Shown here piece by piece: positions 51,635 through 60,515 of a stretch of 64,000 nt of DNA. Position numbers and translations under genes: made by a program. Position 1 is the first letter of the stretch; each line of letters opens with the position of its first letter. The DNA comes from Marinobacter sp. (lineage in GTDB: Bacteria > Pseudomonadota > Gammaproteobacteria > Pseudomonadales > Oleiphilaceae), in the NCBI RefSeq assembly GCF_041686475.1, contig NZ_JAWLDU010000005.1, forward strand, positions 16,919-80,918. Reading direction: 5' to 3'. The notes beneath the pieces were generated by a model. That model worked only from the letters and a program-made list of their open reading frames with translations. It did no database searches and was not told the origin of the DNA.

Positions 51635-53488
51635 CTACCTGAACCGGCGCCCGCCATCATCGCACTTTTGGCTATTCCGCTGATAGAAAGCCAGCAGATT
51701 CTCCAGCAACGCTATCTGGTTGTGGCGTTGTCGAAACCCGTGCCCTTCGTCTTCAAACCACCAGAGTTCGACGGCCTGACCCTGCTGCTCAAGCACCCGC
51801 ACCATTGCCCGAGTCTGCTCGGGCACTACTACCTGGTCCTGTCCACCCTGGAAAAAGATCATCGGCCCGCGTATACGGTGCGCCTGAAGAACAGGGGTGC
51901 GCCGCTGCCAGCGCCCGGGAAACTCGGTTGGCGACCCCAGCAGCCAGTCCAGGTAACCTGATTCGAAGCGGTGAGTTACCTCCCGCAAACGGGCAGGATC
52001 GCTGACCCCGAACAGGCTCGCACCAGCCCGGAAACGCTGGCTGTGCGTCATGACCATCAGGGCCGTGTAACCTCCTGAACTTCGGCCCTGGATAAACAGG
52101 CGATGTGCATCCGCCCGACCGATGGCCACCAGATGATCTGCCGCCCGCTCCATGTCTTCCACGTCGGCCCGGCCCCAGTTGCCGGCCAATGCCTGACGGA
52201 AGTCACGACCGAATCCCGCGCTACCGCGGTAATTGACCTCAGCCACCGCGAAACCATGATGGCACCAGAACTGGACCTGGGGATTGAGTACCGGCCACGC
52301 AGTCGAGGTAGGGCCGCCGTGAGCGATCAGGATCAAGGGTGGAAATGTACCGTCCGATGCACCATCGATAGGCGGATACAGGAAGCCTGTGACCTCCTCA
52401 CGCACATGCTGCGACGGAGGAATCCGGAAAATTTCCGGCGCCACTACAGGTGCATCGGTGAACGGTTTTTCACCGCCTGCAAGCGTGCGCACATGGCCCG
52501 ACTCGAGAGTCAATTCCAGCACCGAGTCCAGCCGGGTGGCGGACCGGGCAACACAGAAGAGTTTGCCACCAAAGACTTCAAGGTGCCGGAAGTCGGTGTA
52601 GTCCGTGGCGACCCGGGATAACGGGCTGTCTGCGGCCAATGACAGCCACAGCTCACCCACACCTGACTGGTAACGTGCCCGTGCCCAGCCTCCCCGACCA
52701 AGCGGACAGTGGTGGCGCTCACCCAATTGCCAGGGCGCACTGGCGTGATCGGCCGGTGTCTCATCCAGGCAGATCCAGATGGCCTCGCCTTCCACAAAGG
52801 AAACCTGCCAGGGCTGCCACCAGCCACCGTGGTCCGACAGTACCTGCAGCTCTTCGCAATCAAATACCGGCTGCTGGACGCTGCCTGCAATGGCTGTGGG
52901 CCAGCAACGTGCACGAACCAGCACCCCATCCTCATCGATCTCCGCAGTCCAGAGAACCGATCGCACCCAGGGCATGTCAGGCAACGACCAGCAGACCCAG
53001 GCCATTCGCCTGCCGCTGGCCGACAGCGTCGGAGCACTGTAAAAATCCTCACTGTCGTGCAGGGGCAGAATCTTGCTGTTTTCCCGGATCGCCACCAGTT
53101 GCTGCTGGCCCGAACTTTCCCGGACGGCCAGAACACGTTGACGGCAGTCATCCCACACCAGCCCGCCAAAACTGGTATCCGGGGCGTTGGTCATGGCGTC
53201 CGTGACACCATTATCCGGGTCAATACGATGGATCTGCTGCCCGAAAGCCTCCACTGCAAACAGGTGATCCGGCCCGCCACATAGCGCACCACCGCCGTAG
53301 CCATTAACCTGGCTGCGAATACCAAAACCCGGGGGTGTTACCGACTGGGGACCATCTTCAGTGGCCTTTTTGAGCAGATTATTGCCGCTGGCAGGATCAA
53401 ACTCCAGCCAGAAAATGCCAAGCCGGGACGCTGTTAACCCCGTGCGCTGGATAAACGCCGCGGAAGCCTGCTCGGCAGAAAGCGGCAA
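51635..53488 (-). CDS. S9 (prolyl oligopeptidase) family peptidase associated with the pqq operon
   Basis: HGGP, NYRGS, catalytic GRSSGG, D..V and EGHGF motifs. Start codon uncertain (TTG). Confidence 0.88.
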   Translation of the reverse strand: MPLSAEQASAAFIQRTGLTASRLGIFWLEFDPASGNNLLKKATEDGPQSVTPPGFGIRSQVNGYGGGALCGGPDHLFAVEAFGQQIHRIDPDNGVTDAMTNAPDTSFGGLVWDDCRQRVLAVRESSGQQQLVAIRENSKILPLHDSEDFYSAPTLSASGRRMAWVCWSLPDMPWVRSVLWTAEIDEDGVLVRARCWPTAIAGSVQQPVFDCEELQVLSDHGGWWQPWQVSFVEGEAIWICLDETPADHASAPWQLGERHHCPLGRGGWARARYQSGVGELWLSLAADSPLSRVATDYTDFRHLEVFGGKLFCVARSATRLDSVLELTLESGHVRTLAGGEKPFTDAPVVAPEIFRIPPSQHVREEVTGFLYPPIDGASDGTFPPLILIAHGGPTSTAWPVLNPQVQFWCHHGFAVAEVNYRGSAGFGRDFRQALAGNWGRADVEDMERAADHLVAIGRADAHRLFIQGRSSGGYTALMVMTHSQRFRAGASLFGVSDPARLREVTHRFESGYLDWLLGSPTEFPGRWQRRTPVLQAHRIRGPMIFFQGGQDQVVVPEQTRAMVRVLEQQGQAVELWWFEDEGHGFRQRHNQIALLENLLAFYQRNSQKCDDGGRRFR

Positions 53489-53510
53489 GAATGCTGGCTG
53501 GTCCGGTGTG

Positions 53511-54665
53511 TCAGCCCCTGAAGAACAACCGGGAGTTGTCGGTGTTGCGATAGGTCAGCTCCTCCAACCCGGCCGTGGCGTGGTCCGCCGCCTTGCGGGC
53601 GGCAAGGATGCGGTCGTGGTGGGGCGACTTGCTGCACACCGGGTCGGCGTTGTCAGCGTTACCGGTCAGCAGGTATGCCTGGCAGCGGCAACCGCCGAAA
53701 TCCTTGTCTTTTTCATCGCAGGAACGGCAGGGCTCCGGCATCCAGCTATCACCCCGGTAATGATTGAAACCCGGGCTGTCGTACCAGATGGAGTGTAGCG
53801 AGGATTCGCGGACATTGGGAAATTCTATGGGCAGCAGCCTTGCGCTGTGACAGGGCAAGGCGGTGCCATCCGGCGCCACCGTCAGGAACAGGCTGCCCCA
53901 GCCGTTCATGCAGGCCTTGGGTCGTTCTTCGTAATAGTCCGGTGTGACGAAAATCAGTTTCATGGCCGACCCGCTGGCCGACAGGCGCTCGCGGTAACGG
54001 TTCACTTCCGCCTCGGCCTTCTCCAGTTGCGCTTTGGAGGGCATCAGCCCTTCGCGGTTTTCGAAGGCCCAGCCGTAATACTGGCAGGTGGCCAGCTCTA
54101 CGTAGTCTGCACCCAGCCGTTCGCAAAGGCTGATGATGTCGTCCATCTGGTGGATGTTGTGACGGTGAATCACGAAGTTGAGCACCATCGGGTAGCCCGC
54201 TTCTTTTACCGCACGGGCCATGGCCAGTTTCTGGTCGAAGGCCTTGCGGGAACCGGCAACGGCGTTGTTCAGCTCCGGGTCCGAGGCCTGGAAACTCACC
54301 TGGATATGGTCCAGACCGGCATCCCGGAAGGCGTTTACCTTCGCTTCCGTGAGTCCCAGCCCCGAGGTGATCAGGTTGGTGTAATAACCCAGCTGCCTTG
54401 CCTCGGTGATCAACTCCGGCAGGTCCTGGCGCACCAGCGGCTCGCCGCCGGAGAAGCCCAGTTGCGCCGCCCCCATTTCACGGCCCTGGCGCAGCACCCT
54501 GCCCCATTCTTCGGTGGTCAGCTCCTGCTGGGTCTGGGCGAAATCCAGGGGGTTGGAGCAATAGGGGCATTGCAGCGGGCAGCGGTAGGTCAGCTCCGCC
54601 AGCAACCATAGCGGCGGGCCGATACCGGGGCGGTCTCCGGTGGGCATGGCATGACGGCCGTTCAT
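53511..54665 (-). CDS. pqqE: PqqE radical SAM/SPASM peptide cyclase
   Basis: [28 protein letters not shown] and C..C...DFGGCRCQA motifs. Confidence 0.97.
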   Translation of the reverse strand: MNGRHAMPTGDRPGIGPPLWLLAELTYRCPLQCPYCSNPLDFAQTQQELTTEEWGRVLRQGREMGAAQLGFSGGEPLVRQDLPELITEARQLGYYTNLITSGLGLTEAKVNAFRDAGLDHIQVSFQASDPELNNAVAGSRKAFDQKLAMARAVKEAGYPMVLNFVIHRHNIHQMDDIISLCERLGADYVELATCQYYGWAFENREGLMPSKAQLEKAEAEVNRYRERLSASGSAMKLIFVTPDYYEERPKACMNGWGSLFLTVAPDGTALPCHSARLLPIEFPNVRESSLHSIWYDSPGFNHYRGDSWMPEPCRSCDEKDKDFGGCRCQAYLLTGNADNADPVCSKSPHHDRILAARKAADHATAGLEELTYRNTDNSRLFFRG

Positions 54666-54937
54666 GCGAACATTATCCATTGTTGCTGTTCGGCGTCTTT
54701 AAGGAACTCGCAGACATCAACCTCAAGCGAACCGGCATCCGGAAACTCCCGCTCCAGGATGGCGACAATATCCGCCACATTGCGCCGGCCATCCACTTCC
54801 TTGAGCACCGCGCCGGCACTGCCGTTCAGCCGCACCATTCCCTCCGGGTACAGCAGTACATGGGCACTCTGGGCCGGCTCCCACTGGAAGCGGAACCCCG
54901 GGCGCAGTTTTGGTACCTGCTCCATGGACACCGCCAT
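54662..54937 (-). CDS. pqqD: PqqD peptide chaperone
   Basis: [13 protein letters not shown] motif; ATG at 54937 in a TGATG overlap with pqqC. Confidence 0.93.
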   Translation of the reverse strand: MAVSMEQVPKLRPGFRFQWEPAQSAHVLLYPEGMVRLNGSAGAVLKEVDGRRNVADIVAILEREFPDAGSLEVDVCEFLKDAEQQQWIMFA

Positions 54938-55692
54938 CACAGTCCCCGGTGCCACACTGGCTGGTCGGTGACGGTATGATACGGTGGCGTCTGGTGCTGA
55001 TAAGCCATAGTCAGGGCATCCAACATCGACCATAAGATATCCAGTTTGAATTGCAGAATTTCCAGGGCACGGGCCTGCTCGGCCGCGGTGATAAAGTGAT
55101 CCAGGGTAATGCTCAGCCCGTGCTCGACATCGCGGCGGGCTTCCGACAACCGCTTGCGAAAATAGGAGTAACCGTCGGACTTTATCCAGGGATAGTGCTG
55201 TGGCCAGCTGTCGAGACGGGACTGATGGATCTCCGGTGCGAACAGTTCGGTCAGTGAGGAGCAGGCGGCTTCCTGCCAGGTCGCGCGACGGGCAAAGTTC
55301 AGATAGGCATCCACGGCAAAGCGGACACCCGGCAACACATGGCGCTGATCAATCACTTCCTCGCGGGTCAGTCCCACCGCTTCCGCCAGGCTGAGCCAGG
55401 CTTCAATACCGCCTTCGTCATCACTATGGCCATCGTGATCCAGCACCCGCTGCAGCCATAACCGGCGCACCGAGGCATCCGGGCAGTTCGCCATGATGGC
55501 GGCATCCTTGCGGGGAATGTTGATCTGGTAGTAGTAACGATTGGCCACCCAGCCGCGAATCTGTTCCGGCGTGCAGTCACCGCCGTACATCGCTTTATGG
55601 TACGGATGGTGGATGTGGTAGTACTGGCCTCTGGCCCGCAGGGCCTGTTCGAAATCCTCGCGGTTCATGACCGGGGTCGCGATTGCATTCAT
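54937..55692 (-). CDS. pqqC: PQQ synthase PqqC
   Basis: [22 protein letters not shown] and FKLDILW motifs. Confidence 0.97.
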   Translation of the reverse strand: MNAIATPVMNREDFEQALRARGQYYHIHHPYHKAMYGGDCTPEQIRGWVANRYYYQINIPRKDAAIMANCPDASVRRLWLQRVLDHDGHSDDEGGIEAWLSLAEAVGLTREEVIDQRHVLPGVRFAVDAYLNFARRATWQEAACSSLTELFAPEIHQSRLDSWPQHYPWIKSDGYSYFRKRLSEARRDVEHGLSITLDHFITAAEQARALEILQFKLDILWSMLDALTMAYQHQTPPYHTVTDQPVWHRGL

Positions 55693-56618
55693 GAAGGCAC
55701 CGCCATATCCAGGTGCATTCCGTCAAAGGACACCTCAATGCCGTGCTTGGACAGCACAGCCCGCTCCGGCGAATCCTCGTTCAGAATGGGGTTGGTGTTG
55801 TTGATATGGATAAGAATCTTGCGCTTCGCCGGCATGGTGTCGAGCACCTCGATCATACCGCCAGGGCCACTCTGGGCCAGATGTCCCATTTCCTGACCGG
55901 TACGGGTGCCCACTTCGCAACGCAGCATTTCATCGTCGCGCCATACGGTGCCATCAACCAGCAAGGTGTCGGCCTTGCGCATCCACTGCAGAATCTGCTC
56001 ATCGGGCTGACCCACCCCTGGTGCATACATAACAGTCTCACCACTGCGGGTGTCTTCAATAAACAGGCCGATGTTGTCACCCGGATGCGGGTTGTTACGG
56101 CGTGGTGAATAGGGTGGCGCGTTACTGAGCAGCGGAATGGCTGTCAGACGCAGGGATGGTGCACAGGGTATGGTGAAGGACTGCTGGTCGATGCACGGTA
56201 CTTCGCGCCATTGGGGGCCACCGTTCCAGTGCTGGAGCATGCGGAATAAGGGAAAACCGCTGCTTAGATCTTCATGCACCTGCTCGGTACACCACACGTC
56301 CAGCGGCAACCCCTCCCGCAGCATCAGCAGGCCGGTGGTATGGTCCACCTGGCTGTCTATCAACAGCACCGCACCGATACCGGTATCCCGCAGGGCACGG
56401 GCCGGCTGCATGGCGTCGAAAGAGGCCAGTTGGGCACGGATATCCGGAGAAGCGTTGCAAAGAATCCAACTAACACCGTCCTCGCTGATGGCGATGGACG
56501 ACTGGGTACGGGCGCTGGCGTTCAGAGTTCCCTTGCGGAAACCGTCACAATTGGCGCAGTTACAGTTCCACTGGGGGAAGCCTCCCCCGGCTGCGGAACC
56601 CAGGATACGAATCTGCAT
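55689..56618 (-). CDS. pqqB: PqqB
   Basis: [24 protein letters not shown] and HINNTNP motifs. Confidence 0.97.
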   Translation of the reverse strand: MQIRILGSAAGGGFPQWNCNCANCDGFRKGTLNASARTQSSIAISEDGVSWILCNASPDIRAQLASFDAMQPARALRDTGIGAVLLIDSQVDHTTGLLMLREGLPLDVWCTEQVHEDLSSGFPLFRMLQHWNGGPQWREVPCIDQQSFTIPCAPSLRLTAIPLLSNAPPYSPRRNNPHPGDNIGLFIEDTRSGETVMYAPGVGQPDEQILQWMRKADTLLVDGTVWRDDEMLRCEVGTRTGQEMGHLAQSGPGGMIEVLDTMPAKRKILIHINNTNPILNEDSPERAVLSKHGIEVSFDGMHLDMAVPS

Positions 56619-56671
56619 GGTGGGAACTCCGGAAGCAAAACGGCCAGCGCGGACTGGCTGGCCATCTTTTC

Positions 56672-56743
56672 TCAGCGGTTGGCGAAGTACATGGTGACTT
56701 CGAATCCGATCCGCAGGTCTTCATACGCTGGTTTGGTCCACAT
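56672..56743 (-). CDS. pqqA: PQQ precursor peptide PqqA (23 aa)
   Basis: Translated by hand as [23 protein letters not shown], with the E-x-x-x-Y motif and a GAGG RBS; below the ORF-track size cutoff. Confidence 0.97.
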   Translation of the reverse strand: MWTKPAYEDLRIGFEVTMYFANR

Positions 56744-57070
56744 AATGCTTACCTCTTGTGATGATTGTTGTGGCATTCAGAATCCGTTAACCGTTCTTCC
56801 GGCAACTCACTCTCAATGCTACCCAGTCTCCGGATGGTCAAATATGGTACTTTGGCACTGATTTTTGATCGGCCGGGGGCGCGAAATTCATCCTTTCGGA
56901 CCATCTCTGCAGGCAGAGTCACCTGAACAAAAAAGCCCCGGGAAGGGGCTGAAATGGCAGGAAAACCCATAGCCCCGGCCAGTCGCCGGGAAAATGCACA
57001 TCCATGTGCTGACTCGCCTCCGGGCCCCGTGTGGATGGGCCCGGGCACAACAATCAATGCTTTGCCAGGT

Positions 57071-58591
57071 TCAGAAGAAGCCCAGCGGGTTGATGTCGTA
57101 GCTGACCAGCAGGTTCTTGGTCTGCTGGTAGTGGTCCAGCGCCATCTTGTGGTTCTCGCGGCCAACACCGGACTTCTTGTAACCACCGAAAGCGGCGTGA
57201 GCCGGGTACTGGTGGTAGCAGTTGGTCCATACGCGGCCCGCCTGAATGCCACGACCCATGCGGTAGGCCCGGTTGATGTCGCGGGTCCACAGGCCGGCAC
57301 CCAGACCAAACTCGGTGTCGTTGGCGATGGCCAGGGCTTCTTCCTCGTCCTTGAAGGTGGTAACACCCACCACCGGGCCGAAGATTTCCTCCTGGAATAC
57401 ACGCATGTCGTTCCTGCCTTTGAGCAGCGTAGGCTGGATATAGAAGCCGTTGTTGTACTCGCCTTCCATTTCCTCGCGACCACCACCGGTCAGCACTTCC
57501 GCACCTTCCTGTTTGCCGATATCCAGGTAGGACATGATCTTGTCGAACTGCTCTTTGCTGGCCTGGGCTCCCACCTGCACATCGGTATCCAGAGGATTGC
57601 CACGCTTGATGGACTTGGTGCGCTCGACGACCTTTGCCATGAACTCGTCGTACATGTCTTCCTGAATCAGGGCGCGGGACGGGCATGTGCACACCTCACC
57701 CTGGTTGAAGAACGCCAGCACCAGGCCTTCCACACACTTGTCGATGAATTCCGGCTCGGCCTGCATCACATCGGAGAAATAGATGTTGGGGGACTTGCCG
57801 CCCAGCTCCACCGTGGAGGGAATGATATTCTCGGCGGCACACTTGAGGATGTGGGCACCCACCGGAGTTGAGCCGGTAAACGCGATCTTGGCGATGCGCT
57901 TGCTGCTGGCCAGGGCCTGACCGGCCTCGATGCCGTAACCGTTGACAATGTTGATCACGCCCGGGGGCAGCAGGTCGCCGATCAGGTCCATCAGGATCAG
58001 GATGCTGGCTGGTGTCTGCTCGGCCGGTTTCATCACGGTGCAGTTACCCGCAGCCAGACAGGGCGCCAGCTTCCACACCGCCATCAGCAGCGGAAAGTTC
58101 CAGGGGATGATCTGGCCCACAACGCCCAGAGGCTCGTTGTAATGGTATGCCACGGTGTTGTTATCAATGGCACTGGCAGTGTCTTCCTGGGCACGAATAC
58201 AACCGGCGAAATAGCGGAAGTGGTCCACCGCCAGCGGAAGGTCGGCGTTAACGGTTTCACGCACCGCCTTGCCGTTGTCCCATGTTTCAGCCACCGCCAG
58301 CATCTCGATGTTCTGTTCAATGCGGTCGGCAATTTTCAGCAGAATGTTGGAACGCTCGGTGGTAGAAGTCTTGCCCCAGGCCGGTGCAGCCTTGTGGGCG
58401 GCGTCCAGCGCCAGTTCGATATCTTCGGCAGTAGAACGTGGAATTTCACAGATCACATCACCGGTAACCGGAGTGATGTTTTCAAAATATTGGCCATTGG
58501 CGGGAGCGACCCACTCACCACCAATAAAGTTTTCGTAACGGGGTTTGAAGGAGACGACGGAGCCTTCCTTTCCTGGTTGTGCGTAGATCAT
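57071..58591 (-). CDS. NAD-dependent aldehyde dehydrogenase (ExaC/AldB type)
   Basis: MIYAQPG start at 58591; [22 protein letters not shown] and EEIFGP motifs. Confidence 0.93.
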   Translation of the reverse strand: MIYAQPGKEGSVVSFKPRYENFIGGEWVAPANGQYFENITPVTGDVICEIPRSTAEDIELALDAAHKAAPAWGKTSTTERSNILLKIADRIEQNIEMLAVAETWDNGKAVRETVNADLPLAVDHFRYFAGCIRAQEDTASAIDNNTVAYHYNEPLGVVGQIIPWNFPLLMAVWKLAPCLAAGNCTVMKPAEQTPASILILMDLIGDLLPPGVINIVNGYGIEAGQALASSKRIAKIAFTGSTPVGAHILKCAAENIIPSTVELGGKSPNIYFSDVMQAEPEFIDKCVEGLVLAFFNQGEVCTCPSRALIQEDMYDEFMAKVVERTKSIKRGNPLDTDVQVGAQASKEQFDKIMSYLDIGKQEGAEVLTGGGREEMEGEYNNGFYIQPTLLKGRNDMRVFQEEIFGPVVGVTTFKDEEEALAIANDTEFGLGAGLWTRDINRAYRMGRGIQAGRVWTNCYHQYPAHAAFGGYKKSGVGRENHKMALDHYQQTKNLLVSYDINPLGFF

Positions 58592-58801
58592 GGTCTCGAC
58601 CTCTTGTTGTGTTTGTCGAAGGGCAACGCGGCCTTTCGCGTTTACCCACTCAATGTAGACCCCCGAGACGGATAGTTGAATGATTCGATGGAGGTGAAAA
58701 ACTCCTCCCTTGGTAGTAGATGGCATAAGGCCCGCGCCGGCACTGTCTTCACGTCAAAAACCCATGGCAAATAAATTGTCCACCCTGAACGCATCCGGTT
58801 A

Positions 58802-58839
58802 CGCACTAAACTGGTGCGATCGCCCTTTCAGGATGCACC
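58802..58839. promoter_or_regulatory. NtrC-like enhancer sites
   Basis: CGCAC-TAAACTG-GTGCG (58802-58818, consensus TGCAC-N7-GTGCA) and a half site TGCACC starting 32 bp downstream; about 100 bp upstream of the predicted sigma54 start site. Confidence 0.65.
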
Positions 58840-58888
58840 CTCTGCGACCTCGATAAAATAAAAATGTTCAAAAACAGATGGTTATTAA

Positions 58889-58905
58889 TTGGCACGGACT
58901 CTGCA
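58889..58905 (+). promoter_or_regulatory. Sigma54 (-24/-12) promoter
   Basis: TTGGCACGGACTCTGCA: GG at 58891-92 and GC at 58903-04 with exact spacing; predicted +1 near 58916. Confidence 0.75.
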
Positions 58906-58972
58906 AATACGCTCACACGCAGCGAGACGTCGGTTACTGAAACCACAATCAAAGCGCCACAATCTGACCAAT

Positions 58973-59080
58973 GGTCAACTAGGGTTCCGGCCTGCCCTTT
59001 TCTTGAGGGGACAACAGGCGACTGGTCCGAGAGTTGACGACCTTTTCCAAGGTTACACGGCGGGACAAAAGCCCGGGAGG
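58973..59080 (+). ncRNA. Guanidine-I (ykkC-yxkD) riboswitch aptamer
   Basis: Conserved blocks CTAGGGTTCCG...GACTGGTCCGAGAG...ACACGGCGGGACAAAAGCCCGGGAG, upstream of guanidine carboxylase genes. Confidence 0.92.
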
Positions 59081-59112
59081 ATCGTTCAGTTACTGACGCC
59101 TCTCGTTTCTTT
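59075..59112 (+). terminator. Riboswitch expression-platform terminator
   Basis: GGGAGG-at-CG-t-TCAG-tta-CTGA-CG-CCTCTC-G-TTTCTTT; the 5' arm overlaps the aptamer's 3' GGGAG tail. Confidence 0.6.
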
Positions 59113-59138
59113 AACGCCCTAGCCAGGAGGAAAAGGCC

Positions 59139-59864
59139 ATGTCATCCACAGCAGCCACCCTCTACGACGATCTGATTCCCGGCGGATCCCACTGGTCCTT
59201 CATCATGCGCCGCGGCCACGTGCTGCGCCTGATTGACGAAACCGGCGGTGCCAACGTCGGCATGCTGATGTACAACCCCGAGAACCCGCTCGAGCGGTAC
59301 AACATGCCGGACACCCTGAAAAACCAGCACACCTTCCTGCTCACCAAAGGACATGTTCTGCTCTCAGACATGGGCCGGGTGTTCGCCTCGATCATCCGTG
59401 ACGACCTGGGCTGGCACGATACCGTCAGCGGCACCTGCAACGCCGATCTTGTCCAACAGCGCTGGGGCAAAAAGACCTACCAGCAAGCCCACAACCACTA
59501 CCATCGAAACGGCTTCAGCAGCTTTCTGAATGAGCTGGCCAAGTATGGCCTGGGCAAGAAAGACCTGACGGCCAACCTGAACTGGTTCAGCAAGGTGCAG
59601 ACGGACGACAACGGCAACATGGCGTTTGCCAGCGATCACTCGAACGCCGGTGCAACCGTGGACCTGCGTTTCGAAATGGACACCATCGTGGTGCTGCACA
59701 CCTGCCCGCACCCGATGAATCCGGCCAACGAGTACCCCAGTCATCCCGTGCGTTACCAGCTGTTCAAGGCAGCCCCCGTGACCGATGCCGACCCTTGCAG
59801 GCTGTCGTCACCGGAGGCCACCCGCGCCTTCGCCAACACTGCCCTTTATCACCTGTTTCAGTAA
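59139..59864 (+). CDS. cgdA: Urea-carboxylase-associated protein (DUF1989), carboxyguanidine deiminase subunit A
   Basis: ERYNMPDTLKNQH, SDMGR, HDT and TCPHP motifs; AGGAGG RBS. Confidence 0.85.
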   Translation: MSSTAATLYDDLIPGGSHWSFIMRRGHVLRLIDETGGANVGMLMYNPENPLERYNMPDTLKNQHTFLLTKGHVLLSDMGRVFASIIRDDLGWHDTVSGTCNADLVQQRWGKKTYQQAHNHYHRNGFSSFLNELAKYGLGKKDLTANLNWFSKVQTDDNGNMAFASDHSNAGATVDLRFEMDTIVVLHTCPHPMNPANEYPSHPVRYQLFKAAPVTDADPCRLSSPEATRAFANTALYHLFQ

Positions 59865-59876
59865 CGGAGGTCGGAC

Positions 59877-60515
59877 ATGATCAAGCAAAGCGCATTGAAA
59901 CCCGAAAACGCCGCCTTCCGCGAAACCGTACCGGCAGGCGAGTATTTCCTGAAAGTGGTGAAGGCCGGCGAGACCGTCCGCATTCTGGATCTGGAAGGCA
60001 ACCAGGCGGCCGATACCCTGTTCTACAACGCCCACAATCCCACCGAACGCTACAGCGCGGTGGACACCATCCGCGAGCAGGGCAATGTCTACCTGACTGC
60101 CGGCTCGAAGCTGATGTCCTCGGAAAACAACGTGATGCTGGAAATCACCGCTGACACCTGCGGCCGCCACGACACCCTCGGCGGTGCCTGCGCAGCGGAG
60201 AGCAACACCACCCGTTACGCCCTGGAAAAAAAGTGCATGCACGCCTGCCGTGACAGCTGGCTGGTGGCGGTGACCGAGCATGAAGAGCTGGGCATGACCA
60301 AACGGGACATCACCCACAACATCAACTTTTTCATGAACGTGCCGGTCACCGCTGATGGCGGCCTGACCTTCGAAGACGGTATTTCCGATGCCGGCAAGTA
60401 CGTGGAGCTGACGGCTGCCATGGACGTGCTGGTGATGATCTCCAACTGCCCGCAGCTGAATAATCCGTGCAACGGCTGGAACCCGACACCGGTCGAGGTG
60501 CTGGTATGGAGCTGA
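59877..60515 (+). CDS. cgdB: Urea-carboxylase-associated protein (DUF1989), carboxyguanidine deiminase subunit B
   Basis: [27 protein letters not shown] and [11 protein letters not shown] motifs. Confidence 0.87.
   Translation: MIKQSALKPENAAFRETVPAGEYFLKVVKAGETVRILDLEGNQAADTLFYNAHNPTERYSAVDTIREQGNVYLTAGSKLMSSENNVMLEITADTCGRHDTLGGACAAESNTTRYALEKKCMHACRDSWLVAVTEHEELGMTKRDITHNINFFMNVPVTADGGLTFEDGISDAGKYVELTAAMDVLVMISNCPQLNNPCNGWNPTPVEVLVWS

Noticed and set aside
58889-59122. 77-aa ORF upstream of cgdA
   Set aside because: Starts inside the sigma54 promoter and spans the riboswitch; the region is better explained as non-coding.
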